The notes under the pieces were generated by a model, which saw nothing but the letters and a program-made list of their open reading frames with translations, ran no database searches and was not told the DNA's origin. DNA of 63,109 bases, the filler included, from Octopus bimaculoides (taxonomy: Eukaryota): NCBI RefSeq assembly GCF_001194135.2. It is 5 parts of 4 records of this genome, joined end to end, with 100 filler letters (N's around TTAATTAATTAA, not from the genome) between each part and the next. Parts side by side here need not be neighbours in the genome. Positions count along the whole stretch, not along the records: positions 20,507 to 43,249 come from NC_068996.1; 4 more parts are not named here. One strand, given 5' to 3'. Each line of letters starts with the position of its first letter. The first letter of the stretch is position 1. This document shows, piece after piece, positions 25,864 to 36,748 of this stretch. The position numbers and the translations under genes are program-made.

Positions 25864-26465
25864 TCAATCTAATATTTTCCTATTCTTCCTTAATACCGGT
25901 TCCCATATGCTGTTCACATCTACACTCAGTCTGCTTAGGAGGTTGTTGTGCCCTAGCATATGTGCTGCTTCTTTTAGTTTTCGTATTTTCCAGTGGTGTT
26001 CTCTGTCTATTATTTTAAATTCATCCCACAGAGGGAGGTGTTCTCAAGTTTTCCATACATGGTCAGTTATACCCGATTTATCAATATCTCCCCTTGTCAC
26101 AGCTTTGTGATGTTCTTCTACCCATTCTGTGAGGGCGGCATATTTCACCTTTGTATAACCTACCACAGTTTTATGGGATGGACTACACAGAGTCTTTGGT
26201 CATATTCTCTTTTATTGGTGGTTTTACTCGAAGGAGATATTTGCGAAGTGTTGTATTACTCTTGAATAATGTCCTGATGTCATATGGGTCGCATATCTTT
26301 TGTATCTTTTCAGAGAGGCCTTTCACATAGGGTAGACAGACTGTGGACAATTTATCGGTTTCATCCTCCCTTTTCTTCATAATTGGAGTGGATAGTATGT
26401 TTTTGAGGTAGTTGTTGCTTAATAGATTGTTACTGAGCTTGATCATTTCTTCGTGGTGGGTGTCA
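25864..26465 (-). mobile_element. Penelope-like element, 5'-truncated: thumb/linker and GIY-YIG endonuclease (decayed)
   Basis: HEEMIKLSNNLLSNNY…VCLPYVKGLSEKIQKIC…; SV*SIP*NCGRLYKGE…VEEHHKAVTRGDIDKSGITDHVW…LWDEFKIIDREHHWKIRKLKEA. Confidence 0.85.
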
Positions 26466-26615
26466 ACATCGAAAAATACCTTAGGAATGAGAACCCAGGT
26501 TCGAAATTTCCTCAAGACACCTGATGAATGCTGGAGGGCATATCAGCCGAAACGTTGTGTTAACAACAAGATGAGGACAAATATCCGTCAAATATAAATA
26601 ATGTAAATAATGTTT
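26464..26615 (+). mobile_element. Inverted terminal (pLTR-like) segment of the Penelope-like element
   Basis: Non-coding segment joined at the 5' truncation point of the minus-strand ORF; contains a hammerhead in the opposite orientation. Confidence 0.65.
26516..26561 (+). ncRNA. Minimal type-I hammerhead ribozyme (PLE-associated)
   Basis: GACAC-CTGATGA-at GCTGG agggcata TCAGC c-GAAAC GT T-GTGTT: intact CUGAUGA/GAAA, stem I 5 bp, loop-less palindromic stem III ACGT, GUU cleavage triplet. Confidence 0.75.
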
Positions 26616-26639
26616 AATCTGCATGTTTGTTACAGTCAC

Positions 26640-27125
26640 TTGCCGAGACACACCCAGTGTCCTGGGACGAGTGAAAGATAAGAGATGTTATAGTATGGCT
26701 GAAAGTTTGGGGAAAGGAAGTGGCAGGGGCAGTAGTAAAATATCTTCATGTAATTCCACACAAACATTTAAATGAATAGGGCTTTTCTAAGGATGTGGGC
26801 AGTACATGTCAGAACAATCTTTTGGATTTCTCTGAGACATGGTTCTCCTGGAATGTTGTCTAGATGTTTCTGACATCCCTTTTTTATCAAACCTAGGGCA
26901 CCTACAATAACAGGAACAGTTCTCGCTTTAAGATTCCACATCTTTTGCATTTCAATTTCCAGGTCCTTATATTTACTTAGGTTGTCAAATTTCTTTACGG
27001 ATATATTTTTATCAGTGGGAACACTTACATCTATTAATCTACAAGTGTTTTCTTCTCTTTCTTTAATAATTATGTCTGGTCGATCAGCCTGGATCGTTCT
27101 GTGTTGACTGGAAAATCCCAGTCTG
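26640..27125 (-). mobile_element. R4/Dong-like LINE RLE 3' fragment
   Basis: RTIQADRPDIIIKEREENTCRLIDVSVPTDKNISVKKFDNLSKYKDLEIEMQKMWNLKARTVPVIVGALG…LTCTAHILRKALFI*; (TAA)n nearby. Confidence 0.85.
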
Positions 27126-27189
27126 CTTGATCCGTTTTGCTTGTTTTGTGGCAGTGGTTTCGGGTTATCATTATTATTATTATTATTAT

Positions 27190-28960
27190 TATTATTTCGT
27201 TTAGTATTTTGCGCTCGGTCCGCCACGGCTGTCCTCTCTCGCATCTTCAGTATGTATTGAGTTTAGAGCCACTTCTACGGAAAATGTAGGTGTTGAGCGG
27301 TTTCCCACGAGAGCTAGGATGCAAGAGAAGCGTGTTGACGTATGCAGACGATGTCACCATAGCCGTGTCGGATGACATGCTCATCGAGGCGATCGGCACC
27401 ACTCTAAAGAAATATGAAGAGGCGACAGGAGTGAAGATTAACCCGGACAAATCAGTAGGCCTGCAACTCGGCACCTGGAGAGGCAGGTCTATGCCGTCCA
27501 ACAGTTTCGTAGGGCACTGGACAGACAAACCGGTTAAGCTACTCGGGATCTGGTTCGGTCCAGAACTCTAGGTGGACAAGAACTGGGAGGTGAAGATCAG
27601 GGTAGCCAAACTCACCCAGAAATGGGCTGAGAGGAAACTGTCCCTGAAAGGTCGGGAAGAGGTGGCGAATACGTACATTGCATCCGTCATCTATTACTGT
27701 GTCGTGCATTGCCCTAAGTCACGCCTGAACAAGTTAGGCCGTATACTCTTTTGCTTTCTGTGAAAGTGGTGCATTCCTCTTGTCAGGCGGTCCACCTGCT
27801 GTCAACAGCCGCTGAACAGAGGGTCGGGCATGTTGTAGCTGCTGATGCACAGGCATGAGCTGAGGCTGCGGCATCTCCATCGTTTCCTTGACGGTAAACA
27901 GGTGTGGTCACCCTCGTCAGACGCGCTTTTCTTCAACTCGTCTCCTTAAAGGAACTACAACCCTGGATCAAGCGGAGACTAAGGGAGGATGAGAGACACC
28001 TCGAGTGCCAACAAGCCCTTTTAGTCCTCTACCAGTCGGGCAATGCGGTCGGTGGAAATTCTACCTCGGTGTTCTATGGGGGGTTAGTGGAGGATATGTG
28101 GCGACGTCCTTGGGGAGGCTCTGGGCTTCAATGAAGAATAACTGACCGATCTTTCCCGGCGGTCTTTCGGGCCAGGGCCTATGGATAACAGAAAACTCTG
28201 GATTGGCAATGCTACCGGGGAGCGTTGCCGGTTCGAGATAAACTCCACAGGCACGGAAGTGCCGTCAGTCAGAGCTGCCCGAGATGTGCGCAGAGCGATG
28301 AAACCGTTCTGCACGCACTCGTCCAGTGTCCAACAATTTCTGATGCACGAGTTTATGTCGAGCACTTGCTGTCGCGTTGTCGCACGGATCCGGCTATCAT
28401 CTGAGTCTATTGTTAAGATTGTACTGCCCTCTTCCTTTGGTCGGGAAAGCCGGACAGTTTTCATATTCCTGGTGGCCATGGCGAAAGAGGTTGTGTGAGG
28501 GACAAGACTGAAAGGGCACTTTCCACTCTGGCGAATCTCTGATCAACTTTTTCAGGTTTCACTTGAAGAGGCGGATCAAAGTGGAGAGGGAGGAAGGTGC
28601 TCCCTTCTAGCAAGTTTATTGAAAAGTGGATGAGAGTGGCGAGCATGGTTCGTGTGAATAGGCCCGCTCTGAGCATGCTCTAAGCATGCTCTGAACCTAC
28701 TCTGGAGTAAAAGGGAGAGGAAACACTTGCCTAAGTGGTCAGGGAAATCGGAATTTTCTGTGGGGATAGCACGGTTTCCCCTTGGAAGCCTCCCCCTATT
28801 GGGGAATTGTATTTGGTTAATTTCATTGTTAATTTTTGTTATTGTTTTATACGTTTACTCGGTAAACCCCTTCGTTTGCGACCGTTTGTGCCTTTGTCTT
28901 TGCGTCTCTGTATGTCTGTATGTTCTATGTAGACCCATGTGACCAATAAAGAAAAGATTA
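27190..28960 (+). mobile_element. L1/Tx1-clade LINE, 3' half (RT motifs 4-7, zf-RVT, 3' UTR)
   Basis: SFSILRSVRHGCPLS, SVLTYADDVTIAVSD, YEEATGVKINPDKS, LLGIWFGP, SCPRCAQSDETVLHALVQC; AATAAA near 28945. Confidence 0.85.
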
Positions 28961-28961
28961 T

Positions 28962-28982
28962 TGTTGTTGCTGTTGCTGCTGC

Positions 28983-29052
<70 letters not shown>
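28962..29052. repeat. (GTT)n microsatellite
   Basis: Read directly from the sequence. Confidence 0.95.
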
Positions 29053-29074
29053 ATATAGGCTGCTAACTCTCACA

Positions 29075-31352
29075 ACTTGAGAGCACTGCATGACAATCTG
29101 AAGGATGTATTTGGTCCAAGAAAGGATGCCACAGAACCTATTCTTTCTAACGACGGAACAAAGCTCTTAAGTAGGAAAGAGGAAATTTTGAAAAGATGGA
29201 CTGAACACTTTAAATCTATATTAAATCAAGATTCCACTACCGATCCTAAAGTAATCAACGAAATCTCCCCAGTGACCTATAATTGAAGAACTAGCGGAAG
29301 ATCCTTCCTTGGAAGAGATAAGTACTGCTATCAAAAAACTTTCCAAAAGTAAATCACCTGGACAAGACAGTATTTCCATAGAGATGTACAAGCATGGTAG
29401 CAGACAACTTGTAAGAAAGCTGCACAAATTGACCTGTTTGATCAGGGAAACTGGATCTGTTGCCCAGCAGTTCAAAGATGCATCTACAGAGTGTCTACAA
29501 AGTCTGGGTACATGAGGATTAACACATACTTTAAGAAACTATTTCTTATATTTAATTGTCTATTATGATGTTAAGTACTCCATGTATCCACATGGGGATT
29601 AACACATACTTTAAGAAATTATTATTTCTTATATTTAATTGTCTATGTTATGATTTTATTTACTCCGTGTACCCAGACTTTGTGGACACCCTGTATAATG
29701 CACTTGTATAAAAACAAAGGGAAGAAGAGTGTATGTGATAATCACAGGGGAAATAAGCTTGTGCATTGCTGGAAGAGTTGTTGCAAGGGTGATCCTTAAC
29801 CACATCAATAAACATGTAATAAACAGTATAGATCCTGAATTCCAATGCGGATTTTGGGCTGGAAGAGGCACAGTTGGTGTGATATTTGCCCTCCAATAAG
29901 TTCAAGCGAAAGCACGATAGCAAAATACTGACTTGCATATGGTCTTTGTTGACTTGACCAAGGCCTTTGATATAGTTAATTATGAGGTGCTTTGGAACAT
30001 TTTGTCTGAAGCTGGTTTTCCTGATAAAATGATTTGGGTAATAGTATTCTTGCACAGTGATACCTAACAGTCAATTTTCTGTTGCTACTGGAACCAAACA
30101 AGGATGTGTTTTAGCCCCAGCATTTTTTTCCATATTTTTTTCAATTATGTTCCAACATGCTTTCAGGGATTATCATGAAGATATAAAATTCCAGTTTCGC
30201 ACAGGGGGGTCTATGAAACTTGAAAGGGCAAAGTTTCAGATCAAAGATCAAGATTAAGGAAGAGATCAAGATTGACTTTCTGTTTTGGAAGAGATCAAGA
30301 TTAAGGAAGTGATCAAGATTGACTTTCTGTTTACTGATGACTGTGCTCTGATTTCTCATTCATTTGAGGGAATCCAGGAAACGGTCGACAGGTTTGTTGG
30401 GGCAGCTCGTGCATTTGGACTGACTATTAGCATCAAGAAGGCTGAAGTTTTATTCTAACCAAAGTCTGGGGGCAGAACATACTCAAGATTCAAATGTGAT
30501 GATTGACAACAAACCACTCAAATGAGTCAGGTCATTTAAATATCTTGAAAGTACAGTAAACTTTAAGATTACTCTTGATGACAAAATCAATGTTAGAATA
30601 ACTAAGACTACAAGTGCTTTTTGCCTATCATTTGTGGGATGAACACGATATCAGTGGGAAAACTAAAATAAGTGTATACAAATATTGTATTTTGAGCACA
30701 CTTTTGTATGGGGTAGAAGCTTGGGCTCCCTACTGCAGACATGTAAAGAAACTTGAACCCTTCGACATGTGCTGCTTGCGCAACATATGCAACATAAACC
30801 AGCAAGAAAAGATATCCAATGTCAAAATCTTAGAAAAATATGATATCTCCAATAACCAAAGCATGTTGATGAGAATTCAGTGCAGATGGGTAAGACGTAA
30901 CCGCATTCCGAAAATTCTTCTATATGGCCAGCAAGTGGAGGGATCTCGCAGCAGATGAAGACCTCTCCTTAGATATAAGGATAAGTTGAAGCAATCATTA
31001 AAATCTCTAGAACTTAACCTGACATATTGGGAAAGTTAGTGCCTAGATCGATCTGCATGGCGTAAAATATGTCATGATCCACCCAGACAATTTGAGTTGA
31101 AGAAAAAGAACAACAGAAGAACTATATTCTGCAATCAACAGACACACTTGCATAATCCCAGGCAAAATCAAAATCATCATTGTCCCCGTTGCGATTCCAT
31201 ACCAAAATCCATACTTGGACTGAAATTACATTCGCGCATCCATCGCAAATAGATGCAGCTTCTTACTTTTTTTCTTTCTATTACTCTCTTTAACTTTACG
31301 TCCTCTCCTTCAGACAATCATATGTCGAGACCGACGCGTGACCATCATCATC

Positions 31353-31390
<38 letters not shown>
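29075..31390 (+). mobile_element. RTE-clade LINE, 5'-truncated, decayed RT and C-terminal zinc finger, (ATC)n tail
   Basis: ILKRWTEHF, KSPGQDSI, LYKNKG…CDNHRG, FVDLTKAFD, GTKQGCVLAP, LFTDDC, LLYGVEAW, RIPKILLYG, CPRC…GLKLHSRIH*. Confidence 0.9.
29487..29693. mobile_element. Tc1/mariner-type MITE inserted in the RTE RT
   Basis: TA TSD (29485-86, 29694-95); TIRs cagagtgtctacaaagtctgggtac and gtacccagactttgtggacaccctg; internal ~80-bp tandem duplication. Confidence 0.85.
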
Positions 31391-31450
<60 letters not shown>

Positions 31451-31479
31451 ATTGATTTGACTCAGGTTCGTTCTTATTC

Positions 31480-31760
31480 CTGATAGAATTTATGTGGGTA
31501 GCGGGTTACCACCAGTAACCTTAGGTATCCGCAGTCTTCCGATAGTCTTTCAAGTGTTTAGAACCCTCTCGATAATCTTTCTTCTCCCTAAGAGGCAAAC
31601 TTTCTGTAGAAGATCTACAAGACATTCTATTTCAATCTCCTGCAACCCTTTGTCTATATCTTTGCTTACAGCTACCAATTATTATAGGTACAACCTTTAC
31701 ACTTTTCGTATTCCAAATTCTTACAATTTGAAATTGTAAGGGATTGTATTTTTGCTTTTA
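31480..31760 (-). mobile_element. R4/Dong-like 3' fragment next to (TTA)n
   Basis: LQEIEIECLVDLLQKVCLLGRRKIIERVLNT*. Confidence 0.65.
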
Positions 31761-32049
31761 ATTTAACATTTCAGTGTCGATGTAATCGACTTGTCCATTC
31801 CCGAAATTGCTGGCCTTGTGTCAAAAGTTAAAAACCATTTTTTTTTTTTTTTTAATGAAAATTCTCAGCTTATTTTGCTGGATACGGTGGAAAATGTCGG
31901 TTGCCTGCAGCCAACAGATTGACGCTAGTCACATCGTCAGTAATTTGATTTGTTCGTTTATGCTTTCAAAAGTTGTTAGTTTTTAAATTTTGTTATGTAA
32001 CATTTGTTAACGCCACCCAGACTGGTTAGTTTATTTGTTTGCTTTGAAA

Positions 32050-34420
32050 GTATTTTAAAAAAATACAGAGTTGACTGACTTGGTTTAATAGAGAGAGGCG
32101 TAAGAGAAAAGTCTAAGAGAGAATCGCAGCACACTCCACTAGAAGGAGAAGAGAAAACTCTTTAAGTCCAAAGTCCAAAGAACTACGCCACTGTTATTGC
32201 AGAAGTTAACAGTAGTAGTAACAACAAAAGAAACAGAAACGTCAGAAGCAATACTTATTTAGGGAGAAGAACCTGTCGGGTTAAGATAGAAAGAGTCCAC
32301 CTAGATTGAACATCTGGTAGCTGCTAGCGTGTATCACTCTGGAGGGTAGTGAAACTTTTCTCGCAGTGAAGCGAACGGAGAGGAGCTTTGATCAGAGACC
32401 ACAGTAGAAATCCTCCTCCAGATCAAACTTAAAAATAATAAGGCTGGAGACAAACAAATTGAGGGAGGATTTCCCCAATGATGTGTGAAGTCCGAACATA
32501 AGTGTCAGCTGTAGGTTCTTAAAGGACTTCCCAAAGGAAACAAAAAAAGCACCATGGACACCGAGTTGCCGGCCTCCGGAATCACCCAATGGGTAAGTAA
32601 CTTGTTTCCTTTTCTCTTTGCCTTTAAACAAATGTGGTGACCTTAATAGCGAGTAGCATAAATGGACGTAGTCTAGTGTCACTTTGGAAGCAGGGTCGTT
32701 AGGTCAATGTAGGTCATTAAGTATGAATGTAATTGCCATCAACGATACCAGGATTTCCGATACACACGCCTTAGCACCCATTTTTGGCAATTTTGAGATC
32801 TTCGCGTCTCTTACTCGATCCAGAATGTTCCAAGGACTGAGACTCGAAATATGATCAATCTTTCTGAACCTGAACCGTAAGTTGAACGTAGAGAAGGGGA
32901 TGCGAGGTTTTCCTAGGGACGTCCCGCTTTTTATGGCTTGTGAGATATTGGAACGCCATCATCAGATGCACATCTGGACTGCGTGGGGCTAGCTGAAAGG
33001 AGAGGGGCGAAAAGCCTTGCAAACCTACTCAGTCGTTTCCAACTGATTGACGGGTACCGACTGAATATCTCAAATGCACCAATGTTGACATGGACAAACG
33101 GCATCGGGTCATCCAGAGCGTATCTAAATAGAGTATTCTGCAGGCCAGAGATAGGGTTAGTAATGGTTGTTCAAAAAAGTTGACTATGCAGACCACAGGT
33201 TTATGATCTGTACGGTCGACCTAGATAGGTTGTATTGACGGGGGATCCGGTTTGTAGAAACTTAATGCATCTTTTCCGTTGCACGAAGTTTACAGAGACA
33301 AGGTTAGAGAACTAGTCAAGAGGGAGTTGACGAAACAGTCATCAAAATCCAATAGTGATTAACCCTAAAAAGGGCTATTAGACTAGAATCAATAAGGTTT
33401 AGTAAGGAAATAGGAGATTGAAAATTCTAGAGTAAGCTAGTTAGCAACCTAGAAGATGCGCTTAGAAAAGACATTGCCGGTAGAAGGACGTGCTGGTGGA
33501 AAGATTCGCCCTTGACCAGTTCTTCAACGTTAAGTACGAATGATTCATTGTCAGAGCTAGGGCATATGTTCTAAGGTATGAGGAAGTGAAAGCCGTTCGA
33601 TCGGGCCGGGTAGAAGAAGACCAATGCGGCAACAAAGTCTTTGACGGATCGGAGGGAGAGCGTGCTACTCGATTCCATGCAGATATGTGCGATTTATCAT
33701 TAGCACTAAGTACAACTGTTTGGTGCGAACAGTTGGCAGGAGACGGAGATGGGCTTTACCGCCTACCTCAACGGCCTACCACGGCCTACCACGGCCCTCC
33801 GATAGAAACGCAGAGTTCTGCGAAAGACCGATAATTGCTAACGAGATACGAAAAGCGATGATGGGTTGCACAATGGAGAAATCGCTGAGGACTACAAACT
33901 TTATTCTCATATGCCAGACTTGTTAGGATGCCTTTTGGCGGACGTCTAATGCAACTGGTACCAGAACGGGAAAATTTCCTGTTCTGCAAAAAGAGATACG
34001 GTTCTGCTGCTGAGAAAGGACCAGAACAAGAAGGATGGTTTTTAACACCTTTAGGCTCATAACTCTGCTAAATGTTACAGATTTTGGGCAAGGTACTAGC
34101 TAAGATGTTGGCACTTGTCGTTGATACTCTGGTGGATGAGGCACATATATGTATTCGTGACAACCTCCACCTCACATAATAGAAAGAGTCAGTAAAGAAC
34201 ATGTCATGGGTGGGGCTTTGATCAATTTAGATCAGTCAAAAGCGTTTAGTAGGGTCAACCATCAATATTTGGTTACTGTCCTGAAGGCGGCTGGTTTCAG
34301 TCACGTCTTAAGGGACTGGCTCGCTGCAATGCACAGAAACATTTCTTTGGTGGTCGGCGTAAACGGCCACTTGTCGGAGTTGTTCAGTATCATGCGAGCG
34401 GTCTGTCAAGCGTTTCCTTC
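32050..34420 (+). mobile_element. L1/Tx1-clade LINE, 5' half (ORF1 relic, AP endonuclease, RT N-terminal part)
   Basis: SMNVIAINDTRI, LLSRFQLIDGYRL…TWTN, YADHRF, GGALINLDQSKAFSRVNHQYLVTVLKAAGF…VNGHLSELFSI. Confidence 0.8.
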
Positions 34421-34452
34421 TCTCCACAAAAGAGGAGAGAAGGTAAGCGTCT

Positions 34453-34510
34453 GCAGCGGCGGCAGCGGAGGCGGCAGCGGAGGCGGCAGCGGAGGCGGCA
34501 GCGGAGGCGG
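34453..34510. repeat. (GGCAGCGGA)n 9-bp minisatellite running into a gap
   Basis: Read directly from the sequence. Confidence 0.9.
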
Positions 34511-35464
34511 NNNNNNNNNNNNNNNNNNNNNNNNNNNNNNNNNNNNNNNNNNNNNNNNNNNNNNNNNNNNNNNNNNNNNNNNNNNNNNNNNNNNNNNNNN
34601 NNNNNNNNNNNNNNNNNNNNNNNNNNNNNNNNNNNNNNNNNNNNNNNNNNNNNNNNNNNNNNNNNNNNNNNNNNNNNNNNNNNNNNNNNNNNNNNNNNNN
34701 NNNNNNNNNNNNNNNNNNNNNNNNNNNNNNNNNNNNNNNNNNNNNNNNNNNNNNNNNNNNNNNNNNNNNNNNNNNNNNNNNNNNNNNNNNNNNNNNNNNN
34801 NNNNNNNNNNNNNNNNNNNNNNNNNNNNNNNNNNNNNNNNNNNNNNNNNNNNNNNNNNNNNNNNNNNNNNNNNNNNNNNNNNNNNNNNNNNNNNNNNNNN
34901 NNNNNNNNNNNNNNNNNNNNNNNNNNNNNNNNNNNNNNNNNNNNNNNNNNNNNNNNNNNNNNNNNNNNNNNNNNNNNNNNNNNNNNNNNNNNNNNNNNNN
35001 NNNNNNNNNNNNNNNNNNNNNNNNNNNNNNNNNNNNNNNNNNNNNNNNNNNNNNNNNNNNNNNNNNNNNNNNNNNNNNNNNNNNNNNNNNNNNNNNNNNN
35101 NNNNNNNNNNNNNNNNNNNNNNNNNNNNNNNNNNNNNNNNNNNNNNNNNNNNNNNNNNNNNNNNNNNNNNNNNNNNNNNNNNNNNNNNNNNNNNNNNNNN
35201 NNNNNNNNNNNNNNNNNNNNNNNNNNNNNNNNNNNNNNNNNNNNNNNNNNNNNNNNNNNNNNNNNNNNNNNNNNNNNNNNNNNNNNNNNNNNNNNNNNNN
35301 NNNNNNNNNNNNNNNNNNNNNNNNNNNNNNNNNNNNNNNNNNNNNNNNNNNNNNNNNNNNNNNNNNNNNNNNNNNNNNNNNNNNNNNNNNNNNNNNNNNN
35401 NNNNNNNNNNNNNNNNNNNNNNNNNNTTAAGGTTGTTGGTAAGCTTTCCTAAGTTACTCTAATC

Positions 35465-35737
35465 CACATCCCCAATGCAAACCTTCAGATCAACCTTCTC
35501 CTATGCAGATCTCTAATGCAACATTTAAAAAAAGAGTCAATAAGTGAAAATAACCAATAAACTGATTCCTTATGGGATTTCCCAATCAAATTGCCAGCAA
35601 ACCATTTTCAGCCAAACCAATTTCAACGGATTTCGCTCAAATCTGATGTCGATGTTACTTATTTTGGTTTGAAATAAAGGACTTAATCATTTAATAATCC
35701 TAGCTTAATCCCGAGCAGCGCCGGGTTATACTGCTAG
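35465..35737 (+). mobile_element. Helitron 3' terminal segment
   Basis: GC-rich hairpin aatcccgagc-agc-gccgggtt (35707-35727), then CTAG (35734-37) followed by T; the 5' boundary is a guess. Confidence 0.65.
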
Positions 35738-35924
35738 TCTTTCAATAAATGACGGTTGTCCTCAGAGCAGCCAGTTTCGGTACCTTTTTCAGAAACTGAC
35801 TTACTTCAATGTACAGAGGCATCTACTGAAAGGTAAATCTATATAATCATCTCTGGGAACGTTCGGTCTCTTAGTAGTACCCTTCTTTATCTCTTCCGTA
35901 ATAATTAACTAGTAGTAGTGGTCA

Positions 35925-36350
35925 GAGAGGAGTATCTCATTAAAATTGGGATGTGATTAGACCGTGTTAACACATTCAGATGATGTTACTGTGATGATAT
36001 CTAATACAGTGGATATCGAGGTAGTCTACACCATTCTGAAGGAACATGAGCTGACGACAGGAGTAAAAATTAACCAAACAAGACACTCAGCATCTTACGC
36101 ACAAAGGAAAGCCTTGACCATCGACGAGAGCCGTTGGTGACTTTATCAATGAACCGGTTAAGTTAAGTGATGTCCGGTTCGTCAGAATGTCTGGCCGCCG
36201 ATTAGTGGAACATCGATTTCTATTGACTTCGTCCAAGACATGGCACATGTAAAGGTGTGTCTCGCACTTAAGACTGAGATAGAGGCGATGCAAAAGACGA
36301 AACTGGTGCGTCCTATTGTGACATACAGGGTCGTACCTCAATTTGTTGGG
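35925..36350 (+). mobile_element. L1/Tx1-clade RT fragment (motif 5 onward)
   Basis: KLGCD*TVLTHSDDVTVMISNTVDIEVVYTILKEHELTTGVKIN aligns with the 27290 ORF (ELGCKRSVLTYADDVTI…YEEATGVKIN). Confidence 0.75.
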
Positions 36351-36531
36351 AGATGGCTTACAAGAGATCATAACCAAGAATATTGGTAGTACTTAGACTC
36401 TTAACTCTTCCTCGACTTCGCAGTACAGTCATATGCAATTTATATGGATCTGTAAGTTTTGCTATCTCCTGAAGACCGCAAAGTTATTTCGAAGTTGTAT
36501 TCTACTGTGTGGACACACAGAGGAACAATTA

Positions 36532-36748
36532 CAAGTGGGTGATGAAAAGTTCCTAGTTATTGGTAAAAAGAAAATACAGAAGGATCAATTAATTATGATT
36601 TTATTCAACACGTTTCCCTCTCAAATTCACACACTTATTGCAGTGGTCTTTCAGTTTTTCTAAGCCCTTGAAAGAACTCGGAAGGTTTGACCTCCAATCA
36701 GGCTTTTCGCGATACCCTTAAACCCAGGAATTTTTCAGCACACCCTTG
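36532..36748. mobile_element. Mariner-type MITE
   Basis: TA-flanked; imperfect TIRs caagtgggtgatgaaaagttcc and ggaatttttcagcacacccttg (18/22). Confidence 0.7.
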
